Below, piece after piece: positions 11,587 to 23,100 of a DNA stretch of 64,000 nucleotides. The notes below the pieces were generated by a model, which was given only the letters and a program-made list of their open reading frames with translations, was not told where the DNA came from and did not search any database. Made by a program: the position numbers and the translations under genes. This stretch comes from Emiliania huxleyi CCMP1516 (Eukaryota): assembly GCF_000372725.1 (NCBI RefSeq), contig NW_005202237.1, positions 124,001 to 188,000 of the forward strand, in the 5' to 3' direction. Position 1 is the stretch's first letter. Each line of letters begins with the position of its first letter.

Positions 11587-13614
11587 TCAAAAGGAGGGTC
11601 TCGGAGAGCTGACCGAGTACGGCGCCGTGCCGTACCGCGCCTCCCACGTGTCGAGCGCCTGCGGGAGGGGGAGGGAAGGGAGGGAAGGGAAGGAAGCATC
11701 CACAGGCGCCGCCCAAGAGTCGAGCCCCTCTGGGAGGGTGGCGCGCCGTGAGGGCAGCCCACCTCCCTCCCGCCTCCCTCCCGCCTCCCTCCCGCCTCCC
11801 TCCCGCCTCCCTCCCGCCTCCCTCCCGCCTCCCTCCCGCCTCCCTCCCGCCTCCCTCCCGCCTCTCTCCCGCCTCCCTCCCGCCTCCCTCCCGCCTCCCT
11901 CCCGCCTCCCTCCCGCCTCCCTCCCGCCTCCCTCCCGCCTCGCTGGGGCGCGGCTCGCGCCTTTANNNNNNNNNNNNNNNNNNNNNNNNNNNNNNNNNNN
12001 NNNNNNNNNNNNNNNNNNNNNNNNNNNNNNNNNNNNNNNNNNNNNNNNNNNNNNNNNNNNNNNNNGGAGGTGGAGACGCGGGGGCTGCTCGAGCGGCGGC
12101 GTCCGCCTCAAAAGCGTCCCTCCAGTCCGAGAAGAGCCCGGCCCGGACCAGGCAAGCGAGCATCACCTAGACAGCACCACCTAGACACTACCGGGACACG
12201 CCCTCGACACTTCCGAGAAGAGCCCGCACGAGGCAAGGCGAGCATTACCGTGGTGGATCGGCCTCGCCTGCGGGGGACGTGTCGCGGACGTGTCGCGGAC
12301 GTGTCGCGGACGTGTCGCGGACATGTCTCCGACGAGGGCCCCCGAGAGAGCCTCTTTGTGGTGAGAGGGGGGGAGGGGGGCGTCTCCCGGGGGCGAGAGG
12401 GAGAGGGGGGGGCGGGGAGAGGCGCCGCGCCCGTGCGCGCAGTGCACCATCACGTCCCCTTGGCCTGAGGGACGTGTCTCGGACATGTCATGGGGCGCGT
12501 CCCGCTCCGGCGCAGCAGTGCCACGGCTCGGCCTCGCCGCACGCTCGCGCCGCCAGCCGCGCCGCCTCCTCGATCTGCGCCTGGCGGTGCACGCGGGGCA
12601 GCCAGGCTGGAGGGGGCCACAGGGGCGGAGAGCGGCGCCGCAGATCGAGACGTCTCGGTGGTGTCTCGGAGGTGCCTCGGAGGTGTCTCGGAGGTGCGTC
12701 TCGGAGGTGTCTCGGAGTCTCACCGGCGTCGGAGGGACGCCGTCCCAGCAGGGGGTGAGGAGGTAGTTTGACGTGTTGCGGATCGACCCTTCCGGGAACT
12801 CGCACGTCAGGTCGATGGTGGCCGCCCACCTGGAGGAAGGGCTGCGGGCAGGGCTTGGACAGAGGTGCAGCTGCTGTCGGAGTGAGGTCGAGCGGCCGCC
12901 GCCACCGCCGCTCCGGCATCCTCCAGTGCGCGTACCGCCCTCCGATCCACCAGCCTGGAGCCACCTACAGGAGGGCTCGGAGACGCTCCTTCTCGATGGA
13001 GTCAGGCGCCTCCGCTCTCCGCCAGCGCGGCAGCCTCGGTCGCCACGGGCGTGCCGTGCGCCTCCGAGTGGAGGGTGTGGAAGTACGTGTACCTGTCCGT
13101 GCAACGCGGGCGGGGCTCGGTGCAAGTGGGGCTCGGGTGCGTGCAAGGCGCGTTCGGAGAGCACAGGTAGGTGAAGCTGTGGAAGGGCGCCCAGACGAGG
13201 TATGACCACCACGGAACGACCCCGGCGGCCCGCTGCTTGCCGAGGATGCCCATGCCCACCCGCGCCACGAAGAGGCCGGCAAACAGGCCGTGCGTCGCCG
13301 CCGAGTAGACGAGAAGCGACCGCAGAGGCATGATCCGCTCCCCGTCGGGGCCGGCGTGGTAGGCGCACACGCTGCAGAGCGCCGAGGCGGCGACGTATTT
13401 GAGGTGCACCTGCGGCGGAGCGAGTAAGTGTAATGTGGGGAGGTAAGAGAGTGGCCGCGTGCGACGCGGTGGCGGTGGCTCGCGCGCCCCGTGGACAGCG
13501 CCCATCCCTAGGCAGGCTGGGTCGGGGTCGGGGCGAGAGCGCGACGTATTTTCTCTTTGCGATGTATGTCTTTGCCTTCGATGTGAAAGGTAAAAAGCAA
13601 GGCGGACATGGCAT
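11587..13614 (-). CDS. Dual-specificity/PTP-family phosphatase with N-terminal TM segments (YnbD/PTPMT1-like), multi-exon, spans an assembly gap
   Basis: Exons encode WWIGG, ATIDLTCEFPE, YLLTPCWDGVPP, DVMVHCAHGRG|RSTT (CX5R) and VMLACLVRAGLFSDW. Start and end are approximate. Confidence 0.75.
11762..11940. repeat. Intronic 11-bp minisatellite (CCTCCCTCCCG)n
   Basis: About 16 near-perfect units next to the N gap. Confidence 0.9.
11966..12065. other. Assembly gap (100 N)
   Basis: Run of N. Confidence 1.
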
Positions 13615-14328
13615 ATCGCTCTCGGTCACACGAATTTTCTCGCTTTTAAGTGAAGAACGACGAAACAAAAAAAAATCCTCGCCCTCCGCCCGCCCTTGCC
13701 TCCGCCCAGCCCTCCGCTCTCCGCTCTCGCCCTCCGCCCTTGCCCTGGCTGGCCTGGGTGGCATCTCCTCATCATCACGCGCCAAGTGGGAGGGAAGTGG
13801 ACGGGGCCCTGAGCCGACCTAGCCCTAAACGGAATGGGGCGCCCAACACGTGCCGGATTACCGTGCCCCTTGCACGCCGGGCACGGCAGCCTTTCGGTTC
13901 GTGAAGGGTCGGTGCGTGTCGTGATCCCCTGGAACACCCGTACTCTCCCGCGCCATCTCCGTCGCCCTGTTCGGCTGCGGCTTTACCACCAAGATCGGGA
14001 GGCGGCCAGGGCTCATAGACTCGGTCGAGAGACCCCAGATTGGCATCCATGCCTCTCTGGACAGGGTGGCCCGCCACAACGACCCCTGGAATTGCGACTC
14101 GCCGCTTTCCTCCCGCTGTGATTCTGTGTGAGCTCTGTGTCTTGATTTGCCAACAATATACCTAGAACGCCACACAAGCTCACAAGCATCAAAACAATCG
14201 ATCACAAGCTTTCACCATCCCACCGGTACCCTATCGCCGACGGGAGCCGGAACCCTGCAACGGCTCCGGTGGTGTGCCGGTGTGTGTTACCAGTCCGCGC
14301 CAGTCCGACAACGGCTGGCCAGGCCGGC

Positions 14329-15783
14329 ATGGAGCCGGGCGGCGCGACAGGCGGCGCGACGCTCAAGGACCTCCGCTCGGAGGACAAGCTCAAGATCGGC
14401 AACCTTCTTCGCGAGCTTGCGCGCGCTCAGCGGGAGGGCCAGCAGGCGACGCGCGAGCGCAGCCAGATAGCTGCACGGCTGCAGGCGATGCGCTCGCAGA
14501 ATGACCTCATCGTGCAGGCGTGCGCGCTCGCGGCCTCGGCCCACCGTGTGTAGTGCGGCAGCTCGCTCAGTTCCGCCCGCTCCCCTGTGCAGGAGGCCGC
14601 GGAGCTCCGCGGCAAGTTCCGCCACTCGCTCCAGCTGCTCAAGGCCTACCAGGAGCGCATCGGCCACAACGCGGAGCCGCCCCCAGCGGCCGAGAGCATC
14701 GCCGAGCCGCCAGGCGCTGGCGCTGCCGACGAGGTCATCTCCACCCTCCCCGCTCCACCCCTGGACCAGCCGCAGGGCCGCGAGGCACGGCCGCCGAATG
14801 CAGCCGGCACCTCAGAGAGGGCTGAACAGCTTGCACCAGCCGCGCCTCCGCTCGTCGCCCCAGCTCCCGCCGCCCCGCCGCCCTCCTCCTGCGCCCCGCC
14901 GCCCGCCGCCCCGCCGGTGCCGCCCTCGTCCGCCGCCCCACCCCACACCTCGGCAAGCGCCACCCCGCCGCCCGCCACCTCGGCCGGCCCCTTCGAGCAG
15001 CGGCAGCTGTGGCAGTGCGGCCCCGTCCCGGCAAGCAGAGCCGAGGCTTCCCACGGCGGGGCGACTCCCCTGCCACAGCCTCCCTCCTCCCTCCCCGAGC
15101 CCGCGCCGAGCCGCGCGCCGCTGCCGGCGCGGAGGCGGGGCGCGCAGCCGCCGCCGCCGCCGCTCCGGGCGGTTGGTCCGCGGGGCGGAGGGGAGGAGGG
15201 GCGGGAGGAGGGGCGGGAGGAGGGACAGCCTCTCGCCGACCTGCCGCGCCGGGCGCCTCCCCCCGCCCCGACAGCGGGAGGGGCGGTGGGGCTGCGGGCG
15301 GGCGCGGGGCTGTGGGGAGCGGGAGCGGAGCGGGCCAGGAATGGCGGTGACTGCCCCCCGCCAGATCGAGGCGCGCCAACAGGTCGAGGCGCGCCACCCG
15401 CAGAGGTGCGCGCCGCCGCCGCCGCCGCTGGGGCCATCGAGGCCGAGCGGGCTGCGGCTGCGGCTGCGGCTCCAGCCTGCCCCGCGCCTCGCCTCGCCTC
15501 GCGGCGGCCCGCGAGCCGGCCCGGCCGCGGGCGCCTCGAGGGGGCGCACGTCGTGAGCGGCTGCGCGGCGGCCGACGCCGCCAAGCTCGTCGACCTCATC
15601 AGCGACCTCGAGCTCGATTGCGGCGGGGCCCGCGGGGCGGGCTACCAGCGCGCGGCCCTGGCGCCGCTGAACCTGACGGCGTTGTCGTCGCGAGCCATCA
15701 CGCCGCAGCGTTTGCGCCTTCCGCAGCCGCACCAACTGCTGCCACCGCCCCGGCTGCCGCCGCCTCGCCGCAAACTTCGCTAG
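14329..15783 (+). CDS. KIAA1328/hinderin-like N-terminal coiled-coil protein with Pro/Ala-rich tail; intron ~14518-14592
   Basis: TLKDLRSEDKLKIGNLLRELAR resembles the KIAA1328 motif SLKDLCxEDKxxIANLIKELAR, followed by coiled coil ELRGKFRHSLQLLKAYQ. The 3' exon structure is uncertain. Confidence 0.6.
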
Positions 15784-16192
15784 CGAGCATAGGGTCAGCT
15801 GGCAGGCCCGCTGCCGCGCTGGGATCTGCACCCGGCCATTCCACGAACGGCCAGGCCGCTTAGCTGATTGGCTAGACTAGCGGCATACCTCCATCTTGAC
15901 ACAGTCTGGGAACGTGCGAGAGAGATTTTTGAGATATGAGAAGATTCCGCGCTCCCGCCTTACAGTAAAAAGAAATTTCGTGTCGCCACCCTAACCTCAC
16001 CTGCGCTCGGCGCGATCTCGTAAGGCCGCGAACAAACACAGTTATCAAACACACTTCTGCCCGCGAAATCAATTTCTCGCGCTCTGTGCCGTCTGCCGAG
16101 TGTCTCAGCAACTCAGGTGCTTGGTTTGGGTCCCAAAAGCCAAATCAGCCAAATCGGCAAAATAGTAAATACCGGTGTATTTTGCGGATATG

Positions 16193-16764
16193 AGACTGAT
16201 GATGCTCCTTCGACTTAGGGAGCGGTTCAGATGCTGGGCGGGCTTCAGGCTGGTGCTCACGCGAACAGGAATCGACGCGATGTGCAAAGCATACAAGAAG
16301 GGGAGAGGGAAGAGGAGAGACGCCGGTGAGGACGAAGCAGAAACTAGCGCAGACGAGAGCAGGGCAGACCCGGGGACTGGGGAGCCGGAGCAGACGGCAT
16401 CGGCCGCCGAGGGAACGTTGGGAAGAGGACGAGGAGGGCGGCGACTTCGACCGACTATGGAGGACCCGTCGCCAGACGACGCAGGGCAGAAGACGGTGAG
16501 GCGGAGCAGACGCGCAGGGTGAGACGAGGGAGGGAGCAGGACTTTGCGGAGATCAGCAGGAGGATGTACGAAGAGATTAGGAGCAGCAGGGACCCGAGGG
16601 ACCATGTGGAAGACGGCTAGTGCTAGTCCCCCATCGGGAGGACGACCCCGGCTAGTCGCCGACCACACCCACAAAGAACCCTGCACAAAGATCGCAAGGG
16701 CGGGGGCCTGTTCCTTTTTACCCATCTCACAGTAGAGAGGTGTCCGTTTTTATTTATTTATTTA
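16193..16764 (+). mobile_element. 5'-truncated non-LTR retroelement insertion with (TTTA)n tail and 11-bp TSD
   Basis: TTGCGGATATG at 16182-16192 and 16765-16775; tail tttttatttatttattta directly before the right copy; splits a repeat whose uninterrupted relative is at ~5170-5420. Confidence 0.8.
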
Positions 16765-17124
16765 TTGCGGATATGTATGTAACTGTAGAAAGATTTAGGT
16801 TTGGGGCAGAGCGAGTGGGAGAACTTTTCGGCGGTCGTGGAGGTCGTGGAGGTCGTGTGGAGTGGCGAGTCACGCTCGTGCGGACAGCATCGACACCTGG
16901 AAATACATAGCTGGAAAATACCCGCGTAGTTTGCCGGTTTCCTCGGTTTCGCCTCAGATTTTGCTCCAAACCAGCTCTCAGGGAAACTCGAGAGAGAGTT
17001 GCCAGAATGGGGAGCAGAATGGAGCACCAAACACCCTCTGGTTTCCCTGGAAACTTCCGGAAACTCAAAGTGCTGGCTGGGGGGACCCTCTGGTCTCCAC
17101 AACTCCATCGAGCACCGCCCCCTC

Positions 17125-18455
17125 GGCTCGTGTTTGAGCGGTATACGCTCGAGGCGGTTGTGTTCACCGCGCCTTCGAGCCCAATACACCTTCGTGCTGT
17201 CGAGTGCTGGCGTTTTACTAAAGACCTGTGACCATCTGAGTCTATCTTGTTACTACCACACGCATAGCTCAAGGTCATAGGGTATAGTGCGCCACTCACT
17301 CGGGCGTCTCGCTGACGTTGATCGATCAGCGCTGATCTCCCTAGCCTATCGGCCACCCGCTCGATCCTCGGATCGCTCGCTCGTCGCAAATCGATCGACT
17401 GAGCTGTCAGCAAGGCGCTGCCTTTTCTTTTTTCGAAAACGCGCGCGCGCCCGTCGCCCGGCAAAACTGTCAGGTCCGCCGCGACGCGTCGCCGCAATGG
17501 CGGGCAGCGACGTGGTGCAAGCCATGCGGCTCGCCCTGGACTGCCCCGCACAGCCCGGTTGGCAGTAGGAGGCCCCGCCGGGGAGACCACTGATTTTGAT
17601 GCCGACCATAAATTCTCGCAACTCGAACGCATGCTACTTACAGCTGCTGTCTGTACAGAGATGCCAGCACCCCCCAGCAGCAGAGCGCTGCTGCTGGGGG
17701 GGGGGTCCCGACCCCCCCAGCAGCAGAGCGCACTGGACCCAGCTCCCGCCTCCCGCCGCCCCCCCTCCCGCCCCCTCGGCTGTCGGCTCGTGTTTGAGCG
17801 GTATACGCTCGAGGCGGTTGTGTTCACCGCGCCTTCGAGCCCAATACACCTTCGTGCTGTCGAGTGCTGGCGTTTTACTAAAGACCTGTGACCATCTGAG
17901 TCTATCTTGTTACTACCACACGCATAGCTCAAGGTCATAGGGTATAGTGAGCCACTCACTCGGGCGTCTCGCTGACGTTGATCGATCAGCGCTGATCTCC
18001 CTAGCCTATCGGCCACCCGCTCGATCCTCGGATCGCTCGCTCGTCGCAAATCGATCGACTGAGCTGTCAGCAAGGCGCTGCCTTTTCTTTTTTCGAAAAC
18101 GCGCGCGCGCCCGTCGCCCGGCAAAACTGTCAGGTCCGCCGCGACGCGTCGCCGCAATGGCGGGCAGCGACGTGGTGCAAGCCATGCGGCTCGCCCTGGA
18201 CTGCCCCGCACAGCCCGGTTGGCAGTAGGAGGCCCCGCCGGGGAGACCACTGATTTTGATGCCGACCATAAATTCTCGCAACTCGAACGCATGCTACTTA
18301 CAGCTGCTGTCTGTACAGAGAGGCCAGCACCCCCCAGCAGCAGAGCGCTGCTGCTGGGGGGGGGGTCCCGACCCCCCCAGCAGCAGAGCGCTGCTGCTGG
18401 GGGGGGGGTCCCGCCCCCCCCAGCAGCAGAGCGCTCCTGCTGGGGGGGGGGTCGG
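17125..18455. repeat. 660-bp tandem duplication ending in GC-rich hairpin units (CCCCCCAGCAGCAG-AGCG-CTGCTGCTGGGGGG)
   Basis: Near-identical ORF pairs offset by exactly 660 (17287/17947, 17346/18006, 17559/18219). Hairpin unit occurs about 1.5x in copy 1 and 3x in copy 2. Confidence 0.9.
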
Positions 18456-18697
18456 CCCATGGGCTTAGGTGTGCAGGGGGGGTACCGAAGCCAGTGTGCG
18501 GCCGCTCCTAAATTTAGACCCAAGCGCCCTTCGTCCTTCGATAATATCTCGTGTGTCTCGCGCGGGTGTGTGTGGTGACTGGTGTGCTTGTGTCATGTGT
18601 GCGTTGTGTGTGCTTGTGGCTCGACCTCGAGCTCGATCGAGCACTCGAGACACGAGAGCACACGTCTCGGCCTCAGGCGGAGTTGGGGTTTTATAGG

Positions 18698-19751
18698 TAA
18701 GGTAAGGTAAGGTAAACTTCTCCACACACACGAGGTGGTGGGGCAAGGGGGGGCAACCCTCGCGTCTCCACGTCTGACGACAGGAGTAGTGGGGGAAATG
18801 GTGATTTTTGAATGAACGCCTCGCGCAAAACCACCGCTACCATGCCAAAGAAGACCCTTGTGGGCTATCCAGAACACCTAAGATCATGCCCTAGCTCTAA
18901 AGTGGGCCCGAGATACGCCAGCTAAACCCCGGATTTTTTCCGGCAGCGGGGGCCACACATGGCCGGTACCCAAGCGGGTCGCACGGAGACACGGGAAGGC
19001 TGCCGCAAGCCGCCTCCGGGTGCAGGGGCCCGGCGCGGTGGGCGGGGGCAACGACCCGGTAGCTGGCCGCGCCTCTCCCCCCCGCCCGTCGCCGCTGCAC
19101 CCCTTGCCGCGGCCCTCGTCGCTGCTGTAGCGACAACAGCCGCGGCACGAGGTCAGAACGCGGCCTCGGAGAGCTCGAGCGAAGGCGCCGACGGTGGCAG
19201 CCGTGGTAGTGGTTTATGGTAGAAGGATCCTGAGCCGTCGGGCACCACGCTCGACGTCGCCGATCAGCCGCACCTGTCGCGAGCGCCTGCGCGTCGGGCG
19301 CTGCCGGCTCGACCTCCATTTCCGGCGAGGTGTCGGGCGCGGCGGGCGGCTCCGGCGCCTCGGTGGCGACCGTGGGCTCGGTGGTCGCCTTGGGCTGCCT
19401 GTGGATGTTGTCGTTGGCTGATTTCTTATGCTTCTTGCCCGTTCGGCCGAGGCCTTTGTTGCGAGGCATCTCGGTACACGCGACGGCAGCACGACGTACG
19501 CGACGAGGACGGCTCCTTGATGGCGACCTGCAGCAGGACGGTGCGCATGTTAAGAGCGTGGTAGCGGACGCATCGGGCCTAGCCCGGGGCCGTGGCGTGT
19601 ACCGAGAGGCTGGTCTACCGAACACTTTTGGTGCACACCTGCCCAGAAGAGCGGCAGGGAAAAATTTTCTTCGCAGCCTGAGCCATTTCCCCCACTAACA
19701 GGAGCCCCACGGCATTCAAAGTGCAAGGCCCAGTGCGCGTGGGTGAGCGGT
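18698..19751 (-). mobile_element. Short retroposed element with (ACCTT)n tail and 12-bp TSD, interrupted by a DNA transposon
   Basis: GGGTTTTATAGG at 18686-18697 and 19752-19763; taaggtaaggtaaggtaa tail at the left end. Confidence 0.7.
18787..19697. mobile_element. Non-autonomous TIR DNA transposon (911 bp) with 15-bp TIRs and 7-bp TSD
   Basis: TAGTGGGGGAAATGG at 18787-18801 and CCATTTCCCCCACTA at 19683-19697, flanked by ACAGGAG on both sides. Internal ORF remnant MPRNKGLGRTGKKHKK.. on the minus strand. Confidence 0.85.
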
Positions 19752-20167
19752 GGGTTTTATAGGAGATTGTACGCCACACAGCTCAGATATAGAGACAGGC
19801 ACAGGGGAGACGGCGAGACGGGCGGAGATACTCGCACTACGGCGTACTCGGTTCGTACTGCGGCTCTCTGACTACATGGCTATTACGCGCGGTCCGCCTC
19901 ACTGCTCACATGGCGACTTTCAATTCATGAAATTGCATGCCTCGCCGAGTTGGGGGCTGGGCAGGTGACGGGCGACAATTTTGCGCCGCCGGCATCGAAC
20001 CCTCCCTGCCTACCCCAGCGACGTTGCCGACGCTCTGGATATCTGGAGCGAGTCGGCTACAGGCCGAAGCCCGGCACAATTTTGGTGCGGCTCATTCATG
20101 GTTGACGGGCGCGGGCGCATGTGGCCCTCGGCGCCCGCGCCCGAAAGCACGGCTCACTTCATCGGCG

Positions 20168-23100
20168 TCATTTGGGGGCCTTGAGGTTGGAGATGTCGCC
20201 CATCGCCTCAGCTGCGGCCTCGAGCTTGGCCGCCTCCGCCTCGAGCTTGGCTGCCTCCGCCTCGAGGGCCATCGCCTTGAGCTCCGCGTCTGAAGGCGCA
20301 GCGGCCGCCTCCTCCTCCTCCGCGGCTGGCTCCGCCTGTGCCTCAGCCACCTCCTCGACAGCGTCGGCCGCCGCCGCCGCCTCGCCAACCGCCGCGTCCT
20401 CGCCCTCGTCCTCCTCCCTCGCGGCCGCAACAGCTGCCGCTTCTGTTGGTGCGGCGGCGGTGACAGCGGCAAACGGCTCTGCGCCTTGCTCCGACCTCGC
20501 CGGTGGTGGTGCCGGTGCCGTCAACCCGCCGTCTGAGCCCCCCCCCCCTCCTCCGAGAAGCTCCTCGTACAGCTGCGCCGCCTCGTCCACACCCTGCTCC
20601 TCTCCTCCCGACACGGCTTTGAAGCCTGCAAAACCGGCGGCGGCGACGACCGCGGCGCCGGCTGCGATTGGAGCAACCCGAGCCGCGACTGCAGCAGCCT
20701 CTGCCACGGCGTCGCCGCCACCAGACTCGGCCGGCGGCTGCGCGGGCTTGGTGGCGGGCGCGAGTGCGCCGAAGAGCTGCAGAGTGGACGGCGCCTCTGC
20801 GGACTCGGGCGGGGCGGCGGCTTTCGGCGGCGCGACCGCCACGGGCGCGGCTGCCGGGGCGCTGTCGGAAGGCGACCGCTCGGCCGCGACGGGCGGCGGC
20901 GTCTCCTCGGCAGCCTTCTGCGGGGCGGCCTTCTCGGCCGGGGCCGCCGCCTTGTCCGCCCTTGGCGCCGCGGTTCGGGGCGGCGGGCGGGCGGGGAGCT
21001 CGAGCTTTGGCGGCACGTACCGTTCGATCTTTGGCGTGGGCGTGGGGCCGGGGATGTACGGCGTCGCCTGCCAGGGTCGGGTGTGCGCGTCAGGGCGCGG
21101 CGGCGGCTGGCACGCGGCGGCTGGCAAGGGCGGGGGGCGCACCTCTCCGCGATTGGAGGCGATCTCCCGCTTGAGGGCACCGATCTGCTGCTTGCCTGTC
21201 CGAGCAGCGCGGGGCTGGGGACCCGGGGGGGGGGGCATGGAGGGGGGGCATGGCTCGGCGATGGCTCGGCGAGCGGCGGGCGGGAGCTCACCGATGCCCC
21301 TCGCGCGGGCGAGCCGCGTCTGCGCGCGCTGCTGCGTCTCCTCCGCCTCGGCCAGCGCCGCCTTGGCCTTCTTCCAGCGGTCCGGCGCCGCGCCGAGCTC
21401 GCTCGCCTTGTTCGCGGCGCCGTCGGCGCGCGAGCTCGCCTCCTGCGCCTTGACGGCCGCCTCCCGCGCCCGCTGGAGCAGCTGCGACGAGTCGGTGTAC
21501 CACTCTGCGCCGCCTAGTCGTCACACCCGACCAGGCGCTCGCCGGACAGCGCGAGCGACGCGGCGGCGCTTCTCCCGCCGCGCGCCGCTCTTGACGAAAC
21601 GAGCAGCCTCGTCCGCCGCGGCGTTCGCGGCGGAGGCGGCCTTGTTTGCCGCCTCGAGCGCGCCCGCCGACGCGGAGAGCCGCTCCGCGAGCGCCTCGTC
21701 GGCCTGGTTTGCCGCAGCGCGCGCCTCTTGGAACTCGGGCAGTGTCGAGGGCGCGACCTTGCCGTCGACGATGGAGCGCTCCGCCACGGCGGAGAGGCGG
21801 CCTGTGGTGTGAACAAGTCGGGGTGTGAACACAAGGAGTAGTCGATGTGCAGGGTACTCTGGAGCGACTACTGGCGGGAGCAGAGAGGTTAGTCTCTCTC
21901 CGCCTCTCTGGCGCGTCCGCCTGTGGCCTCCTCGAGCACGCGGCATCCTCCTCTAACCCTAACCCTAACCCTAACCCTAACCCTAACCCTAACCCTAACC
22001 CTAACCCTAGCCCTAGCCCTAGCCCTAGCCCTAACCTGCGGCCTCCTCGAGCACGCGGCACTCCTCCTCGATGCCTAGTTCATCCGCAAGAGCCGACTCA
22101 GAGCCGCCATCAGCAGAGCAGCTCGCCGCGCCCCTCCCCCCTCGACGCCTCCCGCCGCAGCCTCGTTCGACGCGGCCGCAGCCTCCAGCAGCGCCGCCGC
22201 CCTCGCGCCCGAGGCCGACGCCTTCCGAAGCGCCACCTGCGGAGAGGGTCGAGTGCGTGTCAGCTCTCATCCCATGACAACAGCTCCGTCTCGCCTCTGC
22301 GCCCGCCTGCCGCGCGAGCATCGAGCGCGAGCGCACGAGCGCCTCTTCCGCCGACTCAAAGTCCGCCATCACCTCCTTCGCCTTGGCGCCTATCCATCCC
22401 TCGCCCCTCCCTCACCGCCCACCCCTCCCCCTCCGCTCCGCTCCCCTCCCCCCGCCGCGCGCCCGCGGCAAGCTTCTCCGGCGTCGCGAGCGCCTCATCG
22501 TACCTGCAGCGAAGCTCCGAGAAGCTTCACAGGAAGGCTCCGCAGCTTCTCTCATGCGCCGCGACCGCCTCGCCGCACCCCTTCTCCGCCCGCTCCAGCG
22601 CCGCGGTGATGTCGCCCTCCAGCGCGGCCGCAGCGCGCGCCGACTCGGACCGCCACTCGCGGACTGCGCCTGCGGGGCATGCCGGTGGACGTGTCATGGA
22701 CGTGTCCCTGCACCCGCCCTCCTCCGCCACTCGCGGACTGCGCCTGCGGGGCATGCCACTGGACGTGTCATGGACGTGTCCCTGCACCCGCCCTCCTCCG
22801 CCCCTCGCGCGCCGAGCGCGTCGCGGTACGACTCGCCCGCCTAATTAATAATTAATAATAAGCATCAATCATTAATCATTAAGAGCGTCGCGGTACGACT
22901 CGCCCGCCGCGCGGAGCTGCTTCGACGCGGCGGTGGCGGCGGCAACCTCGGACGAGTCCACCTTTTGGAGGGCGGGCGGGGATGACGTGGAGTGGACGCG
23001 TCTGCTAAAAGCGGCGTCTGGGGAGGCGTGGTCTGCACTCCTCAATCTCGGCCATATCTCGGCCACATCTCGGCTATCTCGCGGCCATCTCTCGCTGTGG

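Noticed and set aside
16754..18523. 589-aa ORF with internal repeat
   Set aside because: Produced by the 660-bp (multiple of 3) DNA duplication; no protein-like features.
21954..22035. Telomere repeats as a true chromosome end
   Set aside because: The tracts are short, internal and inside genes with continuous exons on both sides.
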